Below, one piece after another: positions 28,672-41,282 of a stretch of 64,000 nucleotides of DNA. The notes under the pieces were generated by a model, which made no database searches, was not told the origin of the DNA, and saw only the letters and a list, made by a program, of their open reading frames with translations. The first letter of the stretch is position 1; the number at the start of each line of letters is the position of its first letter. The stretch comes from Dehalococcoidales bacterium. GTDB lineage: Bacteria; Chloroflexota; Dehalococcoidia; Dehalococcoidales; UBA5760. Location: positions 619 through 64,618 of the forward strand of contig JAQUQE010000003.1 in NCBI GenBank assembly GCA_028716225.1, in the 5' to 3' direction. The position numbers and the translations under genes are program-made.

Positions 28672-30228
28672 TTGAAAATACTTCTAGTTTATCCACAGTA
28701 TCCAGATACCTTCTGGAGCTTTAAGCATGCTTTGAAGTTAGGCCCGAGGAAGGCATTGAATACGCCTCTGGGCCCGTTGACTGTCGCTGCCATGCTCCCC
28801 GGCGATTGGGAGAAAAAATTTGTCGACATGAATGTAAACAAACTGACCGATAAGGACATCAGGTGGGCTGATTACGTCTTTATCAGTGCTATGGTGGTAC
28901 AGCAAAGGTCTGCCCAGGAGGTCGTTAAGCGCTGCAAGAGCTTCAATACTCGAGTTGTGGCCGGTGGGCCCTTCTATACTACCGGATACGGGTTGTTTGA
29001 TTTTAGTGAGATCGACCATATCATACTCAATGAAGCGGAGGTTACTCTGCCTCTCTTTCTGGCAGATCTGGAAAAGGGCTGCCCCCAGCACGTCTACAGG
29101 TCTGATGAGAAGGCTGATGTACATAAGACTCCCATACCCCTCTTCTCGCTGGTTAACCTTAAGAAATATGCGCAGGTTACTATCCAGTACTGTCGCGGTT
29201 GTCCGTTCGATTGCGAGTTCTGCGATATTGTCGTTATGGACGGGCATAAGCCCCGTACCAAGACACGAGCCCAGATAATTGGGGAGCTGGAAGCGATATA
29301 TGCCCAGGGCTACCGGGGTACCATCTTTATTGTTGATGATAATTTTATCGGAAACAGGAAGAAGCTTAAGTCAGAAATTATGCCGGTCATAATTGAGTGG
29401 CAGAAGGCCAAAGGTTATCCTTTCCGGTTTCTTACCGAAGCATCGGTTAACCTTGCCGATGACGAAGAGTTGATGCAGTTGATGTCCGATAGCGGCTTTA
29501 CCCGGGTATTTGTCGGCATCGAAAGCCCGAATGAAGAAAGCCTGACCGAGTGTCATAAGTTCACCAACAAGAATCGCGACCTGATAGCTTCTGTGAAGAG
29601 GCTGCAGAACTATGGTTTTGAAGTAATGGGAGGTTTTATCGTCGGTTTTGATAGCGATCCGGTCTCGATCTTCAAGAGTCAGATCAATTTCATCCAGAAT
29701 AGCGGCATCGTTACCGCTATGGTAGGCTTGCTCAATGCTCCTCCTAAGACGAAACTTTGGCATCGTCTGATCAAGGAAAACCGTGTCCTGCCGGGAGGTA
29801 ACGGCGATAACACCGATGGTACCACTAACTTCATACCTAAAATGAGGTATGATGTTCTGGTTAATGGCTACAAGCAAATCCTGCATACGATCTACTCCCC
29901 CAAGCAGTATTATGATCGGATCCAGACGTTCTTTCAGGAGTATCAGCCTAATGGTAACTTAGGCTCTCGGTCCAGGCTCAAAGTTCATCACATAGTAAGC
30001 ATGATCAAATCTGCTCTGGTTCTGGGTGTTAAGGATGGAGCCAGGATGCACTACTGGAGGCTGATGTTTACCACACTGCTGAAATATCCGAGGCTTCTCG
30101 GGCTTTCGATAACACTGGCTGCCCAGGGTTTTCACTTCCGTAAGGTCTACGAGAAGGTCAGTAAGATACAGATTGATGACACCATGCTGGCCCGGCAGCT
30201 AGAGGTATTGGACGGCGGGTCCCTTTAA
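28672..30228 (+). CDS. B12-binding-domain radical SAM protein (class B, DUF4070-type C-terminus)
   Basis: 518 aa. It has an N-terminal cobalamin-binding-like domain (MKILLVYPQYP, PLGPLTVAAMLP), the radical SAM cluster motif CRGCPFDCEFC, and a long helical C-terminal domain. Confidence 0.85.
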   Translation: MKILLVYPQYPDTFWSFKHALKLGPRKALNTPLGPLTVAAMLPGDWEKKFVDMNVNKLTDKDIRWADYVFISAMVVQQRSAQEVVKRCKSFNTRVVAGGPFYTTGYGLFDFSEIDHIILNEAEVTLPLFLADLEKGCPQHVYRSDEKADVHKTPIPLFSLVNLKKYAQVTIQYCRGCPFDCEFCDIVVMDGHKPRTKTRAQIIGELEAIYAQGYRGTIFIVDDNFIGNRKKLKSEIMPVIIEWQKAKGYPFRFLTEASVNLADDEELMQLMSDSGFTRVFVGIESPNEESLTECHKFTNKNRDLIASVKRLQNYGFEVMGGFIVGFDSDPVSIFKSQINFIQNSGIVTAMVGLLNAPPKTKLWHRLIKENRVLPGGNGDNTDGTTNFIPKMRYDVLVNGYKQILHTIYSPKQYYDRIQTFFQEYQPNGNLGSRSRLKVHHIVSMIKSALVLGVKDGARMHYWRLMFTTLLKYPRLLGLSITLAAQGFHFRKVYEKVSKIQIDDTMLARQLEVLDGGSL

Positions 30229-30312
30229 GCACTGATGGTATCAGGCTAGCCCGGCTAAGCCGTGTGAATCTGCGGGGCACTGGGGCAGCGCAGTTAATAA
30301 ATGCCGGTCCCT

Positions 30313-30723
30313 TTACCTGCTGGTGAGAGTGCTGACTGAGCCCAGGACTCCGTTGATGAACCGGGGGGAACTATCGCTGCCGAACTCCTTGGCTAGCTCA
30401 ACCGCCTCATTTACCGCTACCTTAATCGGTACCTCATCGTCGAACAGCATCTCGAATATCGCCATCCTCAGGATATTCCGGTCGACCATGGGTATTTGTT
30501 CCAGCGGCCAGGCGGGAGCAAAGTGTTGAATATTGTGGTCGATTTCCTTCTTGTTGCTCATGACTCCGCTGACCAGTCGACAGGCAAAGGTGTTATTATC
30601 TTCACTTAGCCTCGCATTTTCTAGGAGATGAACTATCGCCTGTTCTGCTTTATGTCCTGCGGAATCAGCTTCATAAAGTGCTTGGAGAGCCAGCATTCTT
30701 GCTTTTCGCCGTGCCCCCGACAT
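30313..30723 (-). CDS. nusB: Transcription antitermination factor NusB
   Basis: 136 aa with ARMLALQALYE and AVNEAVELAKEFG. Confidence 0.9.
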   Translation of the reverse strand: MSGARRKARMLALQALYEADSAGHKAEQAIVHLLENARLSEDNNTFACRLVSGVMSNKKEIDHNIQHFAPAWPLEQIPMVDRNILRMAIFEMLFDDEVPIKVAVNEAVELAKEFGSDSSPRFINGVLGSVSTLTSR

Positions 30724-30797
30724 GATTACCCCCTAGCCCGAGCTGATGCTGCGGCGATACCTGAAGCTAGTAACGAGATTGATGGGCCGAAATCTAT

Positions 30798-31718
30798 TCA
30801 ATCAGAGAGGCTATTAATGGCTTGTGCATCGCCTATATTGATGGTCTCAGCATCACTATCTATTCTTTTAATCAGTCCGCTGAGCACCTCTCCCGGGCCT
30901 ATCTCGATGAAGGTGGAGATACCACCTGCTATCATGTATTCGACGGAGCGTTGCCACTGAACACTATTGCATAGCTGTCTGAGTAGCTCCTCCTTGATCT
31001 GCTCGGCAGTAGTCATCGGCTCAGCCGTAGTATTGGCCACAATAGGGATAATCGGCTCACGGAAAGAGATGTTGGCTATTATTTCAGACATGCCCTGGGC
31101 TGCCTGCTGCATCAGCGGTGTATGAAAGGCACCGCTTACGGGTAATGGAATAGCACGCCTGGCTCCTCTGGCTTTGGCTAACTCTGCAGCTTTGGCCAAG
31201 TTTTCCTCCGCCCCGCTGATGACCATCTGATTCGGACAATTAATGTTAGCCAGCCAGGTACCGGTCTCATCACAAACTTCTGCCAGTGGTGCTTCGTCGA
31301 ACCCGATTATTGCTACCATACCACCCGGTTGAAGCAGCCCGGCTTGATACATCAGTCGTCCCCTCTCTCGAGCCAGATAGACGGCGGTGGCGAAATCGAG
31401 CACCCCGGCGGCTGCCAGCGCGGTATACTCACCCAGGCTGTGACCAGCAACAAATGCTGCCGGAGGCAGCCCGTTGTTTTTCACGTCGCGGACAGCCTGT
31501 AGGCAGGCATAGCTGGTTGTCAGTAGCGCCGGTTGAGCATTTATCGTTAAGCGAAGTTCTTCTTCCGGACCCTCGAAGCACAGCCGTGACAGAGGAAAGC
31601 CCAGGGCCTCATCGGCCTGCTCGAAGATTGCCCTGGCGGAAGGGAAATTGTCGTGGAGATCACGCCCCATACCTACCTTCTGAGAACCTTGTCCCGGGAA
31701 GACATGGGCTACCTTCAT
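30798..31718 (-). CDS. fabD: Malonyl-CoA:ACP transacylase
   Basis: 306 aa with FPGQGSQ, the GHSLGEY nucleophile elbow, and GAFHT. Confidence 0.93.
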   Translation of the reverse strand: MKVAHVFPGQGSQKVGMGRDLHDNFPSARAIFEQADEALGFPLSRLCFEGPEEELRLTINAQPALLTTSYACLQAVRDVKNNGLPPAAFVAGHSLGEYTALAAAGVLDFATAVYLARERGRLMYQAGLLQPGGMVAIIGFDEAPLAEVCDETGTWLANINCPNQMVISGAEENLAKAAELAKARGARRAIPLPVSGAFHTPLMQQAAQGMSEIIANISFREPIIPIVANTTAEPMTTAEQIKEELLRQLCNSVQWQRSVEYMIAGGISTFIEIGPGEVLSGLIKRIDSDAETINIGDAQAINSLSD

Positions 31719-31728
31719 AATATTGAGT

Positions 31729-32679
31729 TTAGCCGCCCTTCGTAGAATTATTGAGCCGTGTTATTATCGCCTCAGCCTCGCGGACTATTTCTTCAATGAT
31801 AGTCTTGACCGGCTTGATTTCATTTATCATACCGCAAATCTGTCCTGCCAGAAGGGTACCCCCTTCGATATCACCATTAATCATGCCCTGTCGCATCTTA
31901 CCGACACCGAGCTGGAACAGCTCTTCTATCGGAATACCGGCGCTCTCCTTGTCCATGAACTCCCGTGTGAACTTGTTCTCCAGAGCACGTAAGGGGTAGC
32001 CGGTGCTCTGACCGGAAAGGACTGTGGAGCGGTCACTGGCGTCGACGATCGCCTTTTTGTAGTTGGGGTGAGCGATACATTCCTCGCTGCAGACAAAGCG
32101 GGTTCCCATCTGAATACCCTGAGCCCCGAGTGCTAGAGCGGCTGCCAAGCCTCGTCCGTCGGCAAACCCTCCGGCCGCCACTACCGGTAGCTGGACTGCG
32201 TCGACTACCTGGGGTACCAAGGCCATCGTGGTTGTCTGCCCTGTCTCTCCTCCCGATTCCATCCCTTCAGCCACGAAAGCGTCGACGCCGGCTCGTTGCA
32301 GCCGTCTGGCCAGGGAAACACTGGCCACTACCGGCATTACCCTTATCCCGGCTTCCTTGAATCTGGGGATATAGGGTCCGGGATTGCCGGCGCCGGTAGT
32401 TACTACCGCTACCTTCTCTTCCAGAATTACCTTGATAATCTCCTCCGCTTTGGCGGCTATCAGAACGATATTCGCTCCAAATGGTTTATCCGTTTTCTGT
32501 TTAGTCAGGCGTATCTGTTCCCTGACCCACTCCGGTTCTGGAGCGCCGCCGCCGATAATACCTAACCCACCGGCATTTGAAACGGCTGCAGCCAGCTCGG
32601 CTGTAGCAAGGTGGGCCATTCCCCCCTGAATAATCGGGTACTCAATACCGAGGAGGTCGCAAATGTCGGTTTTAATCAT
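31729..32679 (-). CDS. fabK: Enoyl-ACP reductase II (FabK) / NPD-family FMN oxidoreductase
   Basis: 316 aa with YPIIQGGMA, the GGIADG-like AAGGFADGRG, and the fatty-acid gene context (fabD, rpmF). Confidence 0.8.
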   Translation of the reverse strand: MIKTDICDLLGIEYPIIQGGMAHLATAELAAAVSNAGGLGIIGGGAPEPEWVREQIRLTKQKTDKPFGANIVLIAAKAEEIIKVILEEKVAVVTTGAGNPGPYIPRFKEAGIRVMPVVASVSLARRLQRAGVDAFVAEGMESGGETGQTTTMALVPQVVDAVQLPVVAAGGFADGRGLAAALALGAQGIQMGTRFVCSEECIAHPNYKKAIVDASDRSTVLSGQSTGYPLRALENKFTREFMDKESAGIPIEELFQLGVGKMRQGMINGDIEGGTLLAGQICGMINEIKPVKTIIEEIVREAEAIITRLNNSTKGG

Positions 32680-32693
32680 AAAGTAGTTCTCCC

Positions 32694-32897
32694 TTAACCA
32701 GTTTTCTTTTGCGGGCTCTTGATCTCAATGACTTCCCTGCCGTCGTAGGTGCCGCAGGTAGGGCAAACACGGTGGGACAGTTTGGGGCTGTTGCATTGAG
32801 AACAAGAACTTAATTGAGTTACAGGTAGCAGCTTGAGATTGACACGTCTTTTACCCTGACGCGCCTTGGCGTATTTCCGTTTTGGTAAAGCTCCCAT
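32694..32897 (-). CDS. rpmF: 50S ribosomal protein L32
   Basis: 67 aa. It starts MGALPKRKYAKARQGKRR and has a CxxC...CxxC zinc knuckle. Confidence 0.9.
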   Translation of the reverse strand: MGALPKRKYAKARQGKRRVNLKLLPVTQLSSCSQCNSPKLSHRVCPTCGTYDGREVIEIKSPQKKTG

Positions 32898-32966
32898 AAT
32901 CTACCTTGTTCCTTTCCTTTTCGCTACCGAGTCATCACTAACCGAGAATTGGTTGCCCAGTCCGGA

Positions 32967-33446
32967 CTAGCGGTGCTCTATCTCTTGAGATGAACATTGG
33001 CAGGGTCCCTTATTCAGGTCGTGACCACAGGTCGGACATAGCCCGGCACAGTCCTCACGACAGAGCAGTTTCATCGGGACAGCCAGCAGAGCATATTGGC
33101 GCACCGCTTCGGTCAGGTCAAGAATATGCTGTCCGTTGATAGTAAAACACCCCGGTTCATCAGGTAGAGACTGCGGAATCCCGCTATCTATGTTGACGAC
33201 GGGGAAATACTCCTCTTCAATTTCTAGTGTCAGCGGAGCACGAAACAAATTCAAGCAGCGACCGCAACTGACCTCAACCCCGGTATGTAGTGTTGCCTTA
33301 ACCAGGATGCCCCGGTTGGTGCGCACCAGGGAAACATCACCCTGGACCAAGCTGTCACTACCGGAGATATTAACGGTATCACTTACCCTGTAATTTCGTG
33401 TTGCCCCAATGGATGATTTAAGCAGCCCGGATACGTTGGTCTGCAT
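32967..33446 (-). CDS. yceD: DUF177 (YceD-family) protein
   Basis: 159 aa with a C-terminal CREDCAGLCPTCG, in the canonical position upstream of rpmF. GGAGG SD. Confidence 0.85.
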   Translation of the reverse strand: MQTNVSGLLKSSIGATRNYRVSDTVNISGSDSLVQGDVSLVRTNRGILVKATLHTGVEVSCGRCLNLFRAPLTLEIEEEYFPVVNIDSGIPQSLPDEPGCFTINGQHILDLTEAVRQYALLAVPMKLLCREDCAGLCPTCGHDLNKGPCQCSSQEIEHR

Positions 33447-33481
33447 TACATCCGACCTCCACCCGAACCAAACTCAGCTTA

Positions 33482-33512
33482 TTATAAGCTGAGTTGCATA
33501 CCTGATGTCAAG
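33482..33512 (-). promoter_or_regulatory. Putative promoter of yceD-rpmF-fabKD (TTGACA-19-TATAAT)
   Basis: Both hexamers are consensus on the minus strand (TTGACA 33512-33507, TATAAT 33487-33482). The 19-nt spacer is long. Confidence 0.4.
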
Positions 33513-33631
33513 CGTGCTTATTTCTTTTTGGCATTACTGATCCCGGACCTTGGACAAACATAAAGAGCCCAGATTCCATACCTGAGCCCTCTTTACTTTC
33601 GGTTAAATCGACTAATATCAATTCTGAAGCA

Positions 33632-36594
<2,963 letters not shown>

Positions 36595-36765
36595 TGCTTC
36601 AGATTTGATATTAGTCCTTATTCAGTTATTAAGGTACAACAGACACAAAAACGGCCTGGTGACTTACCACCAAGCCGCTCGCCTGGTTTTCAATCACCCT
36701 GCTTCCCTTTTTATGTCTTAAACATCCTCATAGGCTATTACAGCAGCACCTTATGCTGATAGGAA

Positions 36766-36794
36766 ATAGTAGCATATAATAATAGCCTTGTCAA
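36766..36794 (-). promoter_or_regulatory. Putative 23S rRNA promoter (TTGACA-17-TACTAT)
   Basis: On the minus strand, TTGACA is at 36794-36789 and TACTAT at 36771-36766, about 170 nt upstream of the mature 23S 5' end. Confidence 0.5.
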
Positions 36795-36834
36795 CTCGGT
36801 GTGCCGGGCCATATGATTAGGATACCTGTCCTTC

Positions 36835-36863
36835 TTTACAAGTTCACATCGATACTGTATTCT
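36835..36863 (+). promoter_or_regulatory. Putative hisS promoter (TTTACA-17-TATTCT)
   Basis: The hexamers were read directly. The element is divergent from the 23S promoter. Confidence 0.35.
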
Positions 36864-36885
36864 AGCTTAAGGTAAGGAGGACGAG

Positions 36886-38142
36886 TTGTATCAGGCACCA
36901 CGTGGGACCTTCGACATTCTGCCCGATGAGCAGGCATACTGGCGTTATATTGAGCAAAAAGCCGTTGAACTCTGTCAGCTCTATGGTTATCAGCGTATCG
37001 ATACACCCGCATTCGAAGAAACACGGTTGTTCTCTCGCAGCATAGGCGAGGTTACCGATATTGTGGAAAAGGAAATGTATACCTTCGAAGACAAGGGAGG
37101 TAAACAGATAACCTTAAGGCCTGAGGGAACGGCACCGGTCTGTCGGGCCTATCTGGAACACGGGATGCATAATCTACCGCAGCCGGTGAAGCTGTTTTAT
37201 TTGGCATCTATTTTCAGATACGAAAGACCCCAATCGGGAAGATACCGTGAGCATCACCAGTTCGGCTGCGAGGTTTTTGGGGATGGTGCCCCTGCTCTTG
37301 ACGCCGAAGTGATTGACATCGCCTGGCAATTCTTCTCGTCATTGGCCATCGGTCAACTTTCCTTGAATCTGAATAGTATTGGCTGCCGGGAGTGTCGGCC
37401 GGGGTATCTAATCGTGCTGCAGGAGTATTACTCCCGTTACAACCGGGACCTATGCCCGGATTGTAGGGCCAGGCTTAAGAGAAACCCCCTGCGCCTGCTT
37501 GATTGTAAGCAACCGTTGTGTCGGCAGGTGGCCAGTTCGGCACCGCAGAGTGTTAACAGCCTTTGCCCACAGTGTGGTGAGCACTTCGAACAGTTGAAGA
37601 GATATCTGGGGTTGCTTGAACTTCCCTTTGTGGTGAACCATTGTCTGGTCAGGGGGCTTGATTATTATACCAGGACGGTTTTTGAGATTCAGCCTGAGGC
37701 TGAGGGTGCCCAGAGCACTCTGGGGGGTGGAGGAAGATACGATTACCTCATTGAGGAACTGGGCGGTAATCCTACCCCGGCGATAGGTTTCGCCAGTGGT
37801 ATCGAGCGTATCGTCCTGAACCTGAAGAGGCAGGAGGTTGCCGTCCCGGCGCTGCCCCGGCCCCGGGTCTTTGTTGCCCATCTTGGTGACGAGGCCAGGG
37901 TTGAGACAGTGAGGCTGGCATCGGTGTTGAGACGGGCTGGCATCGGTGTACTGGAGCCTGTCGCTGGCAAAAGCCTGAAAGCTCAGTTGAGGCAGGCCAA
38001 TACCCTTAATGTTGCTTATACGGTGATAATCGGTGAGCAAGAAATAGATACTGGCACCGTGATGCTGCGCAATATGGCTACCTCTGAACAAAAAAATATC
38101 CCGGTTGCCCAATTGCCGGGCTATCTTCAGCGCCTGGATTGA
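36886..38142 (+). CDS. hisS: Histidyl-tRNA synthetase
   Basis: 418 aa with PRGTFDILP, class II motifs (FRYERPQSGRYREHHQF, GGGGRYD) and an anticodon-binding domain. GGAGG SD, TTG start. Confidence 0.95.
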   Translation: MYQAPRGTFDILPDEQAYWRYIEQKAVELCQLYGYQRIDTPAFEETRLFSRSIGEVTDIVEKEMYTFEDKGGKQITLRPEGTAPVCRAYLEHGMHNLPQPVKLFYLASIFRYERPQSGRYREHHQFGCEVFGDGAPALDAEVIDIAWQFFSSLAIGQLSLNLNSIGCRECRPGYLIVLQEYYSRYNRDLCPDCRARLKRNPLRLLDCKQPLCRQVASSAPQSVNSLCPQCGEHFEQLKRYLGLLELPFVVNHCLVRGLDYYTRTVFEIQPEAEGAQSTLGGGGRYDYLIEELGGNPTPAIGFASGIERIVLNLKRQEVAVPALPRPRVFVAHLGDEARVETVRLASVLRRAGIGVLEPVAGKSLKAQLRQANTLNVAYTVIIGEQEIDTGTVMLRNMATSEQKNIPVAQLPGYLQRLD

Positions 38143-38148
38143 AGTAGG

Positions 38149-39831
38149 TTACTCTACCGGGGCGAAGTCCAGGATGTTGAGCCGTAGCCTTTCCGCTCCG
38201 CACCAGGAATCCACTTCCAGGTTATAGACGATGTCGAGCAGCGGGGTTATCCCTTTTGAGTAGTTGCCGGCGTGAAAGGCTATCCCGTCCCAGGTGGAGC
38301 CGCCCTGCCTTAGTTTGAGATTGAGGTGTGCCCCTTTATTGCCGATTACCCTTAAGTTGGTTACCTCTAACTTGCGACTGATGAAGGTGGGTACCGGATT
38401 ACCCTTGCCGAATGGAGCCAGCTTCTGCAGGTTGTGAAAAGTTTCACCGGCCAGTTCAGCCAAGGTAACCTCGGCGTCAATATCAAGGTGAGGGCGGAGG
38501 TCAATCCCGGCCAGCGTGGTGGTTGCTATCCTGATGAGGGCTTCTTTCAGGCGGGGCAGGTCCTTGGTCGGCAGGGTAAAACCGGCTGCCTGAGGATGTC
38601 CGCCGAATTGAGAGAGGAAGCTCTGGCATTGCTGCAGGGCCTGGGTGATGTTAAACTCCGGGATGCTGCGACAGCTCCCGATACTTGTCTGTTTGCCGGT
38701 CTTGATTACCACTACCGGGCGGTAGAATTCCTCGCGCAGTCTGCCGGCCGCCAGCCCGATGACTCCCGCCGGGAATTCCTCATCGCTGGCGATCAGAATC
38801 GGGGCAACCCCTTCAGCCAGTATCTGCTCTCTGGCCTTGCTGATTACTTCGCTGGTCATTCTTTGTCGCTCCGTGTTTTTCTGTTCCAGCCATAGGCTAA
38901 GCTGGCGTGCTTCCTCTGCGGAGTCTGTTATCAGAAGCTGGTAGCTGGGCATAGCGTGCCCCAGCCTGCCGGTAGTATTCAAGCGGGGGGCTATTACCCA
39001 GGAGATACTCTCCGCGTCGAGACTGCCGATGGTCAGGCTGGACTGATTCACCATTCCCCTTATGCCGGTGCGTGGCTTGGCGTTGAGCAGCCTTAGACCT
39101 TGCTTGACCAGATAGCGGTTTTCTCCTACCAGGGGCATCACATCGGCTATTGTGCCCAGGGCTACCAGGTCGAGAAGGTCGTCCAGCCCTTCCTCCTTGC
39201 CGATGCTCTGTAGCAGGGCCTGAAGGAACTTGAAGGCTACGCCGACGCCGGCCAGCTCTAAAAAGGGGTACCGCGAACCGGGTAGTTTGGGGTTAACTAC
39301 GGCAACTGCTGGAGGAATGGTGTCCGGGGGGGTGTGATGGTCGGTAATGATAATATCGAGCCCCTTCCTTTGTGCCTTCTTGACCTCAGCGAGGGCGGTG
39401 ATACCGCAGTCAACGGTGATAACCAGGCTGATACCCTGCTGGCGGAGCTTCTCCAGAACGGGTGTCTTGACGCCGTGTCCTTCATTCAGGCGATGCGGGA
39501 GATAGGGGATAACATTACCGCCGAGCCTGCTGATTCCCTGAACCAGCAGGATGGTGGCAGTGATGCCGTCGGTATCGAAGTCGCCATAGATAGCGATGTT
39601 TTCTCCGCAGAGCAGGGCACGGTAGGTACGGGTTACTGCCTGGTGCATATCAGGTATCAGAAAGGGGTCGGCTGATAGGCGTTTGTCGGCGGCGATAAAG
39701 GATGCCAGATGGGTTGGTTCGGTGAGGCCGCGATTGTAGAGGATTTGGGCTATTAAAGGAGAGAGGTGCGGATTTTCAGCGAAATAATCGGCTGGAGCCG
39801 GTGGCAGGACGTTCCATCGGCTTTTATTCAA
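38149..39831 (-). CDS. recJ: Single-stranded-DNA-specific exonuclease RecJ
   Basis: 560 aa with DHH motifs (YGDFDTDGIT, TVDCG, ITDHH) and DHHA1 (GGHPQAAG). Confidence 0.9.
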   Translation of the reverse strand: MNKSRWNVLPPAPADYFAENPHLSPLIAQILYNRGLTEPTHLASFIAADKRLSADPFLIPDMHQAVTRTYRALLCGENIAIYGDFDTDGITATILLVQGISRLGGNVIPYLPHRLNEGHGVKTPVLEKLRQQGISLVITVDCGITALAEVKKAQRKGLDIIITDHHTPPDTIPPAVAVVNPKLPGSRYPFLELAGVGVAFKFLQALLQSIGKEEGLDDLLDLVALGTIADVMPLVGENRYLVKQGLRLLNAKPRTGIRGMVNQSSLTIGSLDAESISWVIAPRLNTTGRLGHAMPSYQLLITDSAEEARQLSLWLEQKNTERQRMTSEVISKAREQILAEGVAPILIASDEEFPAGVIGLAAGRLREEFYRPVVVIKTGKQTSIGSCRSIPEFNITQALQQCQSFLSQFGGHPQAAGFTLPTKDLPRLKEALIRIATTTLAGIDLRPHLDIDAEVTLAELAGETFHNLQKLAPFGKGNPVPTFISRKLEVTNLRVIGNKGAHLNLKLRQGGSTWDGIAFHAGNYSKGITPLLDIVYNLEVDSWCGAERLRLNILDFAPVE

Positions 39832-39979
39832 ACTCGTCTCTCCTTAATCACTGCGGAATATTTCTTGATGGGGTTGTCCTCCTTCCGTTTGACCGGCTGG
39901 TGTAGGAAAATTATAATGCCATTAGAGCTAGTCGGTCAATTCAGAACCGGAAGCCTGCTTTTTGGATAGAGGATTTTGA

Positions 39980-41245
39980 TTGGTAAGTATCAAGGTTGCC
40001 CTGGATAGTTTGGGCTGCAAACTAAACCAGGCGGAGACAGATGATCTGTTCCGTCAGTTTGCTGGGGCCGGCTATCAGATGGTTTCACCCGATGAGGCTG
40101 ATATCTACATCTTAAATACCTGCACGGTTACCCATATCGCCGACCGTAAGTCCCGTCACCTGTTGCGATCGGTCCATCGTCGTAATCCTGGTGCTGTGGT
40201 GGTGGCTACCGGGTGTTATGCCGAACGGGCCCCTGCTGAACTGGCTGGAGTTAAAGGGGTCAGGCTTGTCCTGGGAAATAGTGATAAACCGAACCTGCTG
40301 CGGTTGCTGGAGGAGTCCGGTTGTTTTGACAACCGGATTGTTGGACAAGATGGTTTGGCGAGTGACAGCCGTGATAGTTTCCGGACACGCGCTATGGTCA
40401 AGGTTCAGGATGGCTGCAGCAACTTTTGCACCTATTGTATCGTCCCGCTGGTACGTGGTGGGGAAAGGAACCTTGATGTCGGCGGGGTAGTTGGTGACAT
40501 CAAGCAACGGGTGGCTCAGGGCTATCGGGAGGTGGTATTGACCGGAGTCAGGATTGGTTCTTATTCCGATAACGGGGTTACCCTGGCGGGTTTGATTGAG
40601 CATATTCTGGCGGAGACCGGCGTGGAAAGGCTAAGGCTATCCTCGCTTCAGCCCGGTGAGATCTCCCCCGAGCTGATTTCTCTCTGGCGTGACGGGCGGT
40701 TGTGTCCTCATTTTCACCTCTGCCTGCAGAGCGGCAGTGATAGTGTTTTGGGTAGAATGGGGAGGCGCTACTCCACTGCTGAATTCGAGCGGGTGGTATC
40801 CTGCATCAGAAATGCTGTAACATGTGTGGCAATCACTACTGATGTTATGGTTGGTTTCCCCGCTGAGACTGACCGGGAGTTTGAGGAAAGCTATCGCTTC
40901 TGCCGCCGCATGGAGTTTGCCCGCATTCATGTCTTTTCCTACTCACGCCGCAGAGGTACCGAAGCCTCCGGGTTTCCCGAGCAGGTTGGCGACAGGGTGA
41001 AAAAGGAGCGGGCAGACAGGATGCTGGCGCTGGCCCGGGAGAGTGCCGGGGATTTCAGGCGGCAATTCCTGGGCATGATGCTCATGGTACTCTTCGAGCA
41101 ACGCTCCGGCGCTACCTGGTCCGGCCTCACCGCTAACTATATCAAGGTGTATGTTAAGAGTAGCACTGATTTGACCAACGTATTAAGGCCGGTAAGGCTG
41201 TTGCGGTTTTATCGGGATGGGGTGTGGGGGGAAATAGTAGCATAG
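39980..41245 (+). CDS. mtaB: MiaB-family radical SAM methylthiotransferase (MtaB-like)
   Basis: 421 aa with a UPF0004 N-domain (LGCKLNQAE, NTCTVT), the radical SAM motif CSNFCTYCIVP, and a TRAM-like tail. Confidence 0.85.
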   Translation: MVSIKVALDSLGCKLNQAETDDLFRQFAGAGYQMVSPDEADIYILNTCTVTHIADRKSRHLLRSVHRRNPGAVVVATGCYAERAPAELAGVKGVRLVLGNSDKPNLLRLLEESGCFDNRIVGQDGLASDSRDSFRTRAMVKVQDGCSNFCTYCIVPLVRGGERNLDVGGVVGDIKQRVAQGYREVVLTGVRIGSYSDNGVTLAGLIEHILAETGVERLRLSSLQPGEISPELISLWRDGRLCPHFHLCLQSGSDSVLGRMGRRYSTAEFERVVSCIRNAVTCVAITTDVMVGFPAETDREFEESYRFCRRMEFARIHVFSYSRRRGTEASGFPEQVGDRVKKERADRMLALARESAGDFRRQFLGMMLMVLFEQRSGATWSGLTANYIKVYVKSSTDLTNVLRPVRLLRFYRDGVWGEIVA

Positions 41246-41282
41246 CCGGAGAATCTGCCAAATAAAAAGAAGGGGCGTTTAG

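Noticed and set aside
33447-33631. A 5S rRNA gene in the gap downstream of the 23S.
   Set aside because: The gap is long enough (184 nt) but shows none of the conserved 5S segments on the minus strand. It is instead occupied by a promoter-like element and a hairpin.
36617-36765. A boxA-type antitermination element in the 23S leader.
   Set aside because: The best candidate on the minus strand (GATGTTTAAGACA) shares only a TTTAA core with the TGCTCTTTAACAA consensus. That is too weak to call.
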